Assembly (NCBI RefSeq): GCF_009914755.1
Contig: NC_060939.1
DNA: 64,000 nt
Origin: the human T2T-CHM13v2.0 reference genome, Homo sapiens
Strand: one strand, 5' to 3'
The first letter of the stretch is position 1, and every line of letters begins with the position of its first letter. Under the pieces are notes generated by a model that was not told the origin of the DNA, did no database searches, and saw only the letters and a program-made list of their open reading frames with translations. This document shows positions 1-10,700 of this stretch, piece by piece. The position numbers and the translations under genes were made by a program.

Positions 1-218
1 TTCGATTCCATTCCATTCGAGCACATTCCATTGGAGTCCATTCCATTCGATGCCATTCCATTTGATTCTATTCCATTAGTCTCCATTCAATTCCATTAAT
101 CTCCATTCCATTCCATTCTACTCCAACTGATTCCATTCCATTCTATTCCTTTCCATTCCATTTCATTCCATTCCATTCCATTTCATTCCATTCCATTCCA
201 TTCGCTTCCATTCCATTC

Positions 219-284
219 GTGTCCATTCCACTCCAGTCCATTCCATTCGTGTCCATTCCATTCCAGTCCATTCCATTTGTGTCC
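219..284 (+). repeat. Intra-unit 30-bp tandem subrepeat (GTGTCCATTCCAyTCCAGTCCATTCCATTy x2 plus the start of a third)
   Basis: GTGTCC occurs at 219, 249 and 279. One 30-bp copy is missing in the units at 45290, 52451, 56014, 57763, 61360 and 63138. Confidence 0.9.
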
Positions 285-493
285 ACTGCATTCCATTCCA
301 CTCCATTCCATATTATTCCATTACACTCCATTCCATTCTATTACTTTCATTTCCATTCAATTCCATTCCATTTGATTCCATTCCACTCGGTTTCATTCCA
401 TTTGAGTCCACTCCATTCCATTCCATTCCATTCCATTCACTTCCATTCCATTCCGTTCCATTCCTTTCCGTTCCATTGCATTCCATTCCATTC

Positions 494-499
494 GGTACC
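494..499. other. KpnI site (GGTACC), once per 1.8-kb unit; diagnostic of the 1.8-kb KpnI satellite III family
   Basis: Read at 494, 2303, 4107 and so on. Changed to GGTAAC at 32959, 38364, 40168, 41972, 47324 and 54485. Confidence 0.95.
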
Positions 500-707
500 A
501 TTCCATATTGTTCCATTCGATTCCATTCGAATCCATTCCATTCCAGTCCATTCCATTCGATTCCATTCCATTCCTTTCAATTCCATTCCATTCCATTCCA
601 TTCCACTTGATTCCACTCCATTCCCTTCCACTGCATTCCATTCGATTCCATTCCATTGCATTGCATTCCATTCCATTGGACTGCATTCCATTCGATTCCA
701 TTCCATT

Positions 708-920
708 CGAATCAATTACATAGCAATCCATTACATTCGGGTCTATTCTATTCCGTTCCATTCGATTTCGTTCCAATCCATTCGATTCCATTCCATTCGA
801 TTCCATTCCATACTATTGCATTCCATTCGATTACATTATATTCGAATAAGTTGCATTCAAGACCATTTCTTTTGAGTCCATTCTATTTGAGTCCATTCCC
901 TTTGATTCCATAACATTTGA
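708..920 (+). repeat. Complex subunit block, copy 1 (internal duplication inside the monomer)
   Basis: CGAATCAATTACAT (708), AGACCATT.CTTTTGAGTCCATTCTAT (860) and ACATTTG (913) all recur 829 bp downstream. Confidence 0.88.
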
Positions 921-1536
921 GTCCATTCAATTCCATTCCTTTCGTTTGCATTCCATTTGATGCCATTCCATTCAATTCTGTTCTACTCGACTCCAATACA
1001 TTCAATTCCATTCCATCCGATTCCATTACATTCTTTTCATTTCTTATCCATTTCAAGCCATTCCACTCCATTCCATTCCACTCGTTTCCTTTCCATTCGA
1101 GTCCATTCCTCTCCAGTCCATTCCGTTCAATCCATTCCATTACAGTCCATTCCATTCGAGTCCGTTCCATTCCAGTCCAATCCATTCGAGTCAATTCCAT
1201 CCCATTCGATGTCTTTCCATAACGATCCATTCCATTCTATTCCTTTCGATTCCATTCCATTCTATTTCATTCCATTCGATTCCCTTCCATTGGACTCCTT
1301 TCCATTCGAGTGCATTCCATTCCGTTCCATTTCTTTCCGTTCTGTACGATTCCTACCGTTCGATTTCATTTTGTTCCAGTCCATTCCTTTCGCGTCCATT
1401 CCATTCCATTTCACTCCATTCGATTCCATTCCACTCGATTCCACTTCGTTCCATTTCATTGCATTCCATTCTATTCAACTCTATTGCCTTCCATTCCATT
1501 CCATTCGATTACATTCCATGCGATTCCATTCGAAAT

Positions 1537-1749
1537 CGAATCAATTACATTGCAATCCATTACTATTGAGTCCATTTTATTCCAGTCCACTGCATTCTGG
1601 TCCATTCCATTTGATTCCATTCCATTCTATTCCATTCCATACAGTTGCATTCCATTGGATTCCATTCTATATCTATAAATTCAATTCGAGACCATTGCTT
1701 TTGAGTCCATTCTATATGATTCCATTCCATTCAAGTCCATTACATTTGG
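1537..1749 (+). repeat. Complex subunit block, copy 2 (diverged paralog of 708-920)
   Basis: CGAATCAATTACAT (1537), AGACCATTGCTTTTGAGTCCATTCTAT (1689) and ACATTTG (1742) are colinear with copy 1 at a constant offset of 829. Confidence 0.88.
1576..1581 (-). promoter_or_regulatory. Canonical AATAAA hexamer on the G-rich (GGAAT) strand, present in nearly every unit; putative poly(A) signal
   Basis: Plus-strand TTTATT in 'tccATTTTATTcc' (or 'ccgTTTTATTcc' in later units). The motif is seen directly; the function is not demonstrated. Confidence 0.3.
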
Positions 1750-4700
1750 TTCAAATCCATTCCATTCCATTCCCTTCCATTCCATTCCAGTTGATATCAA
1801 TCCATTCGATTCCATTCCATTCGAGCACATTCCATTCGAGTCCATTCCATTCGATGCCATTCCATTTGATTCTATTCCATTAGTCTCCATTCAATTCCAT
1901 TAATCTCCATTCCATTCCATTCTACTCCAACTGATTCCATTCCATTCTATTCCTTTCCATTCCATTTCATTCCATTCCATTCCATTCCATTCCATTCCAT
2001 TCCATTCCATTCGCTTCCATTCCATTTGTGTCCATTCCACTCCAGTCCATTCCATTCGTGTCCATTCCATTCCAGTCCATTCCATTTGTGTCCACTGCAT
2101 TCTATTCCACTCCATTCCATATTATTCCATTACACTCCATTCCATTCTATTACTTTCATTTCCATTCAATTCCGTTGCATTTGATTCCATTCCACACGGT
2201 TTCATTCCATTTGAGTCCACTCCATTCCATTCCATTCCATTCCGTTCAGTTCCATTCCATTCTGTTCCATTCCATTCCGTTCCATTGCATTACATTCCAT
2301 TCGGTACCATTCCACATTGTTCCATTCGATTCCATTCGAATCCATTCCATTCCAGTCCATTCCATTCGATTCCATTCCATTCCTTTCAATTCTATTCCAT
2401 TCCATTCCATTCCACTTGATTCCACTCCATTCCATTCCACTGCATTCCATTCGATTCCATTCCATTGCATTGCATTCCATTCCATTGGACTGCATTCCAT
2501 TCGATTCCATTCCATTCGAATCAATTACATAGCAATCCATTACATTCGGGTCTATTCTATTCCGTTCCATTCGATTTCATTCCAATCCATTCGATTCCAT
2601 TCCATACTATTGCATTCCATTCTATTACATTTTATTCGAATAAGTTCCATTCAAGACCATTTCTTTTGAGTCCATTCTATTTGAGTCCATTCTATTTGAA
2701 TCCATTCCCTTTGATTCCATAACATTTGAGTCCATTCAATTCCATTCCTTTCGTTTCCATTCCATTTGATGCCATTCCATTCAATTCTGTTCTACTCGAC
2801 TCCAATACATTCAATTCCATTCCATCCGATTCCATTACATTCTTTTCATTTCTTATCCATTTCAAGCCATTCCACTCCATTCCATTCCACTCGTTTCCTT
2901 TCCATTCGAGTCCATTCCTCTCCAGTCCATTCCGTTCAATCCATTCCATTCCAGTCCATTCCATTCGAGTTCGTTCCATTCCATTCCATTCCATTCGAGT
3001 CAATTCCATTCCATTCGATGTCTTTCCATAACGATCCATTCCATTCTATTCCTTTCGATTCCATTCCATTCTATTTCATTCCATTCGATTCCCTTCCATT
3101 GGACTCCTTTCCATTCGAGTGCATTCCATTCCGTTCCATTTCTTTCCGTTCTGTACGATTCCTACCGTTCGATTTCATTTTGTTCCAGTCCATTCCTTTC
3201 GCGTCCATTCCATTCCATTTCACTCCATTCGGTTCCATTCCACTCGATTCCACTTCGTTCCATTTCATTGCATTCCATTCTATTCAACTCTATTGCCTTC
3301 CATTCCATTCCATTCCATTACATTCCATGCGATTCCATTCGAAATCGAATCAATTACATTGCAATCCATTACTATTGAGTCCATTTTATTCCAGTCCACT
3401 GAATTCTGGTCCATTCCATTTGATTCCATTCCATTCTATTCCATTCCATACAGTTGCATTCCATTGGATTCCATTCTATATCTATAAATTCAATTCGAGA
3501 CCATTGCTTTTGAATCCATTCCATATGATTCCATTCCATTCAAGTCCATTACATTTGGTTCAATTCCATTCCATTCCATTCCCTTCCATTCCATTCCAGT
3601 TGATATCAATCCATTCGATTCCATTCCATTCGAGCACATTCCATTTGAGTCCATTCCATTCGATGCCATTCCATTTGATTCTATTCCATTAGTCTCCATT
3701 CAATTCCATTAATCTCCATTCCATTCCATTCTACTCCAACTGATTCCATTCCATTCTATTCCTTTCCATTCCATTTCATTCCATTCCATTCCATTTCATT
3801 CCATTCCATTCCATTCGCTTCCATTCCATTCGTGTCCATTCCACTCCAGTCCATTCCATTCGTGTCCATTCCATTCCAGTCCATTCCATTTGTGTCCACT
3901 GCATTCCATTCCACTCCATTCCATATTATTCCATTACACTCCATTCCATTCTATTACTTTTATTTCCATTCAATTCCATTCCATTTGATTCCATTCCACT
4001 CGGTTTCATTCCATTTGAGTCCACTCCATTCCATTCCATTCCATTCCATTCAGTTCCATTCCATTCCATTCCATTCCATTCCGTTCCATTGCATTCCATT
4101 CCATTCGGTACCATTCCATATTGTTCCATTCGATTCCATTCGAATCCATTCCATTCCAGTCCATTCCATTCGATTCCATTCCATTCCTTTCAATTCCATT
4201 CCATTCCATTCCATTCCACTTGATTCCACTCCATTCCCTTCCACTGCATTCCATTCGATTCCATTCCATTGCATTGCATTCCATTCCATTGGACTGCATT
4301 CCATTCGATTCCATTCCATTCGAATCAATTACATAGCAATCCATTACATTCGAGTCTATTCTATTCCGTTCCATTCGATTTCGTTCCAATCCATTCGATT
4401 CCATTCCATTCGATTCCATTGCATGCTATTGCATTCCATTCGATTACATTATATTCGAATAAGTTCCATTCAAGACCATTTCTTTTGAGTCCATTCTATT
4501 TGAGTCCATTCCCTTTGATTCCATAACATTTGAGTCCATTCAATTCCATTCCTTTCGTTTCCATTCCATTTGATGCCATTCCATTCAATTCTGTTCTACT
4601 CGACTCCAATACATTCAATTCCATTCCATCCGATTCCATTACATTCTTTTCATTTCTTATCCATTTCAAGCCATTCCACTCCATTCCATTCCACTCGTTT

Positions 4701-7700
4701 CCTTTCCATTCGAGTCCATTCCTCTCCAGTCCATTCCGTTCAATCCATTCCATTCCAGTCCATTCCATTCGAGTCCGTTCCATTCCATTCCATTCCATTC
4801 GAGTCAATTCCATTCCATTCGATGTCTTTCCATAACGATCCATTCCATTCTATTCCTTTCGATTCCATTCCATTCTATTTCATTCCATTCGATTCCCTTC
4901 CATTGGACTCCTTTCCATTCGAGTGCATTCCATTCCGTTCCATTTCTTTCCGTTCTGTACGATTCCTACCGTTCGATTTCATTTTGTTCCAGTCCATTCC
5001 TTTCGCGTACATTCCATTCCATTTCACTCCATTCGGTTCCATTCCACTCGATTCCACTTCGTTCCATTTCATTGCATTCCATTCTATTCAACTCTATTGC
5101 CTTCCATTCCATTCCATTCCATTACATTCCATGCGATTCCATTCGAAATCGAATCAATTACATTGCAATCCATTACTATTGAGTCCATTTTATTCCAGTC
5201 CACTGCATTCTGGTCCATTCCATTTGATTCCATTCCATTCTATTCCATTCCATACAGTTGCATTCCATTGGATTCCATTCTATATCTATAAATTCAATTC
5301 GAGACCATTGCTTTTGAATCCATTCCATATGATTCCATTCCATTCAAGTCCATTACATTTGGTTCAATTCCATTCCATTCCATTCCCTTCCATTCCATTC
5401 CAGTTGATATCAATCCATTCGATTCCATTCCATTCGAGCACATTCCATTGGAGTCCATTCCATTCGATGCCATTCCATTTGATTCTATTCCATTAGTCTC
5501 CATTCAATTCCATTAATCTCCATTCCATTCCATTCTACTCCAACTGATTCCATTCCATTCTATTCCTTTCCATTCCATTTCATTCCATTCCATTCCATTT
5601 CATTCCATTCCATTCGCTTCCATTCCATTCGTGTCCATTCCACTCCAGTCCATTCCATTCCTATCCATTCCATTCCAGTCCATTCCATTTGTGTCCACTG
5701 CATTCCATTCCACTCCATTCCATATTATTCCATTACACTCCATTCCATTCTATTACTTTCATTTCCATTCAATTCCATTCCATTTGATTCCATTCCACTC
5801 GGTTTCATTCCATTTGAGTCCACTCCATTCCATTCCATTCCATTCCATTCACTTCCATTCCATTCCGTTCCATTCCATTCCGTTCCATTGCATTCCATTC
5901 CATTCGGTACCATTCCATATTGTTCCATTCGATTCCATTCGAATCCATTCCATTCCAGTCCATTCCATTCGATTCCATTCCATTCCTTTCAATTCCATTC
6001 CATTCCATTCCATTCCACTTGATTCCACTCCATTCCCTTCCACTGCATTCCATTCGATTCCATTCCATTGCATTGCATTCCATTCCATTGGACTGCATTC
6101 CATTCGATTCCATTCCATTCGAATCAATTACATAGCAATCCATTACATTCGGGTCTATTCTATTCCGTTCCATTCGATTTCATTCCAATCCATTCGATTC
6201 CATTCCATACTATTGCATTCCATTCTATTACATTTTATTCGAATAAGTTCCATTCAAGACCATTTCTTTTGAGTCCATTCTATTTGAGTCCATTCTATTT
6301 GAATCCATTCCCTTTGATTCCATAACATTTGAGTCCATTCAATTCCATTCCTTTCGTTTCCATTCCATTTGATGCCATTCCATTCAATTCTGTTCTACTC
6401 GACTCCAATACATTCAATTCCATTCCATCCGATTCCATTACATTCTTTTCATTTCTTATCCATTTCAAGCCATTCCACTCCATTCCATTCCACTCGTTTC
6501 CTTTCCATTCGAGTCCATTCCTCTCCAGTCCATTCCGTTCAATCCATTCCATTCCAGTCCATTCCATTCGAGTCCGTTCCATTCCATTCCATTCCATTCG
6601 AGTCAATTCCATTCCATTCGATGTCTTTCCATAACGATCCATTCCATTCTATTCCTTTCGATTCCATTCCATTCTATTTCATTCCATTCGATTCCCTTCC
6701 ATTGGACTCCTTTCCATTCGAGTGCATTCCATTCCGTTCCATTTCTTTCCGTTCTGTACGATTCCTACCGTTCGATTTCATTTTGTTCCAGTCCATTCCT
6801 TTCGCGTCCATTCCATTCCATTTCACTCCATTCGGTTCCATTCCACTCGATTCCACTTCGTTCCATTTCATTGCATTCCATTCTATTCAACTCTATTGCC
6901 TTCCATTCCATTCCATTCGATTACATTCCATGCGATTCCATTCGAAATCGAATCAATTACATTGCAATCCATTACTATTGAGTCCATTTTATTCCAGTCC
7001 ACTGCATTCTGGTCCATTCCATTTGATTCCATTCCATTCTATTCCATTCCATACAGTTGCATTCCATTGGATTCCATTCTATATCTATAAATTCAATTCG
7101 AGACCATTGCTTTTGAATCCATTCCATATGATTCCATTCCATTCAAGTCCATTACATTTGGTTCAATTCCATTCCATTCCATTCCCTTCCATTCCATTCC
7201 AGTTGATATCAATCCATTCGATTCCATTCCATTCGAGCACATTCCATTGGAGTCCATTCCATTCGATGCCATTCCATTTGATTCTATTCCATTAGTCTCC
7301 ATTCAATTCCATTAATCTCCATTCCATTCCATTCTACTCCAACTGATTCCATTCCATTCTATTCCTTTCCATTCCATTTCATTCCATTCCATTCCATTTC
7401 ATTCCATTCCATTCCATTCGCTTCCATTCCATTCGTGTCCATTCCACTCCAGTCCATTCCATTCGTGTCCATTCCATTCCAGTCCATTCCATTTGTGTCC
7501 ACTGCATTCCATTCCACTCCATTCCATATTATTCCATTACAATCCATTCCATTCTATTACTTTCATTTCCATTCAATTCCATTCCATTTGATTCCATTCC
7601 ACTCGGTTTCATTCCATTTGAGTCCACTCCATTCCATTCCATTCCATTCCATTCACTTCCATTCCATTCCGTTCCATTCCATTCCGTTCCATTGCATTCC

Positions 7701-10700
7701 ATTCCATTCGGTACCATTCCATATTGTTCCATTCGATTCCATTCGAATCCATTCCATTCCAGTCCATTCCATTCGATTCCATTCCATTCCTTTCAATTCC
7801 ATTCCATTCCATTCATTCCACTTGATTCCACTCCATTCCCTTCCACTGCATTCCATTCGATTCCATTCCATTGCATTGCATTCCATTCCATTGGACTGCA
7901 TTCCATTCGATTCCATTCCATTCGAATCAATTACATAGCAATCCATTACATTCGGGTCTATTCTATTCCGTTCCATTCGATTTCGTTCCAATCCATTCGA
8001 TTCCATTCCATTCGATTCCATTCCATACTATTGCATTCCATTCGATTACATTATATTCGAATAAGTTGCATTCAAGACCATTTCTTTTGAGTCCATTCTA
8101 TTTGAGTCCATTCCCTTTGATTCCATAACATTTGAGTCCATTCAATTCCATTCCTTTCGTTTGCATTCCATTTGATGCCATTCCATTCAATTCTGTTCTA
8201 CTCGACTCCAATACATTCAATTCCATTCCATCCGATTCCATTACATTCTTTTCATTTCTTATCCATTTCAAGCCATTCCACTCCATTCCATTCCACTCGT
8301 TTCCTTTCCATTCGAGTCCATTCCTCTCCAGTCCATTCCGTTCCATCCATTCCATTACAGTCCATTCCATTCGAGTCCGTTCCATTCCAGTCCAATCCAT
8401 TCGAGTCAATTCCATCCCATTCGATGTCTTTCCATAACGATCCATTCCATTCTATTCCTTTCGATTCCATTCCATTCTATTTCATTCCATTCGATTCCCT
8501 TCCATTGGACTCCTTTCCATTCGAGTGCATTCCATTCCGTTCCATTTCTTTCCGTTCTGTACGATTCCTACCGTTCGATTTCATTTTGTTCCAGTCCATT
8601 CCTTTCGCGTCCATTGCATTCCATTTCACTCCATTCGATTCCATTCCACTCGATTCCACTTCGTTCCATTTCATTGCATTCCATTCTATTCAACTCTATT
8701 GCCTTCCATTCCATTCCATTCGATTACATTCCATGCGATTCCATTCGAAATCGAATCAATTACATTGCAATCCATTACTATTGAGTCCATTTTATTCCAG
8801 TCCACTGCATTCTGGTCCATTCCATTTGATTCCATTCCATTCTATTCCATTCCATACAGTTGCATTCCATTGGATTCCATTCTATATCTATAAATTCAAT
8901 TCGAGACCATTGCTTTTGAATCCATTCTATATGATTCCATTCCATTCAAGTCCATTACATTTGGTTCAAATCCATTCCATTCCATTCCCTTCCATTCCAT
9001 TCCAGTTGATATCAATCCATTCGATTCCATTCCATTCGAGCACATTCCATTCGAGTCCATTCCATTCGATGCCATTCCATTTGATTCTATTCCATTAGTC
9101 TCCATTCAATTCCATTAATCTCCATTCCATTCCATTCTACTCCAACTGATTCCATTCCATTCTATTCCTTTCCATTCCATTTCATTCCATTCCATTCCAT
9201 TCCATTCCATTCCATTCCATTCCATTCGCTTCCATTCCATTCGTGTCCATTCCACTCCAGTCCATTCCATTCGTGTCCATTCCATTCCAGTCCATTCCAT
9301 TTGTGTCCACTGCATTCCATTCCACTCCATTCCATATTATTCCATTACACTCCATTCCATTCTATTACTTTCATTTCCATTCAATTCCGTTGCATTTGAT
9401 TCCATTCCACACGGTTTCATTCCATTTGAGTCCACTCCATTCCATTCCATTCCATTCCGTTCAGTTCCATTCCATTCTGTTCCATTCCATTCCGTTCCAT
9501 TGCATTACATTCCATTCGGTACCATTCCACATTGTTCCATTCGATTCCATTCGAATCCATTCCATTCCAGTCCATTCCATTCGATTCCATTCCATTCCTT
9601 TCAATTCTATTCCATTCCATTCCATTCCACTTGATTCCACTCCATTCCATTCCACTGCATTCCATTCGATTCCATTCCATTGCATTGCATTCCATTCCAT
9701 TGGACTGCATTCCATTCGATTCCATTCCATTCGAATCAATTACATAGCAATCCATTACATTCGGGTCTATTCTATTCCGTTCCATTCGATTTCATTCCAA
9801 TCCATTCGATTCCATTCCATACTATTGCATTCCATTCTATTACATTTTATTCGAATAAGTTCCATTCAAGACCATTTCTTTTGAGTCCATTCTATTTGAG
9901 TCCATTCTATTTGAATCCATTCCCTTTGATTCCATAACATTTGAGTCCATTCAATTCCATTCCTTTCGTTTCCATTCCATTTGATGCCATTCCATTCAAT
10001 TCTGTTCTACTCGACTCCAATACATTCAATTCCATTCCATCCGATTCCATTACATTCTTTTCATTTCTTATCCATTTCAAGCCATTCCACTCCATTCCAT
10101 TCCACTCGTTTCCTTTCCATTCGAGTCCATTCCTCTCCAGTCCATTCCGTTCAATCCATTCCATTCCAGTCCATTCCATTCGAGTCCGTTCCATTCCATT
10201 CCATTCCATTCGAGTCAATTCCATTCCATTCGATGTCTTTCCATAACGATCCATTCCATTCTATTCCTTTCGATTCCATTCCATTCTATTTCATTCCATT
10301 CGATTCCCTTCCATTGGACTCCTTTCCATTCGAGTGCATTCCATTCCGTTCCATTTCTTTCCGTTCTGTACGATTCCTACCGTTCGATTTCATTTTGTTC
10401 CAGTCCATTCCTTTCGCGTCCATTCCATTCCATTTCACTCCATTCGATTCCATTCCACTCGATTCCACTTCGTTCCATTTCATTGCATTCCATTCTATTC
10501 AACTCTATTGCCTTCCATTCCATTCCATTCGATTACATTCCATGCGATTCCATTCGAAATCGAATCAATTACATTGCAATCCATTACTATTGAGTCCATT
10601 TTATTCCAGTCCACTGCATTCTGGTCCATTCCATTTGATTCCATTCCATTCTATTCCATTCCATACAGTTGCATTCCATTGGATTCCATTCTATATCTAT

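Larger units (their letters stand above)
219..2027 (+). repeat. Representative complete 1.8-kb HSat3 monomer (unit 1, A-type, 1809 bp)
   Basis: Runs from one landmark (219) to the next (2028). Single-copy motifs in the unit: GGTACC 494-499, CGCG 1391-1394, TATAAA 1674-1679, GATATC 1793-1798. Each recurs once per unit downstream unless mutated. Confidence 0.95.

Noticed and set aside
219-875. 213-218-aa ORF (MSIPLQSIPF...) and other plus-strand HSIPF ORFs
   Set aside because: These are pentamer translation artefacts with GTG/TTG starts, and they are freely frameshifted by 5-bp indels between units.
393-1230. Minus-strand MEWNG-repeat ORFs
   Set aside because: (GGAAT)n translates to MEWNG with an ATG every 15 nt in each frame, so overlapping ORFs are expected. 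There is no evidence of translation in the sequence.
1549-1556. Short palindromes (ATTGCAAT; also ATTCGAAT, TTGATATCAA) as hairpins or specific operators
   Set aside because: They are 8-10 bp long and arise easily from one or two changes to the pentamer. They are too short to support a structural or regulatory call.
957-1883. 308-aa ORF (MMPFHSILFY...) repeated in most units
   Set aside because: (CATTC)n encodes HSIPF with no stop in any frame. The product is low-complexity with no recognisable domain, the listed start is TTG, and it is disrupted in five units. Its persistence reflects recent unit amplification, not coding selection.
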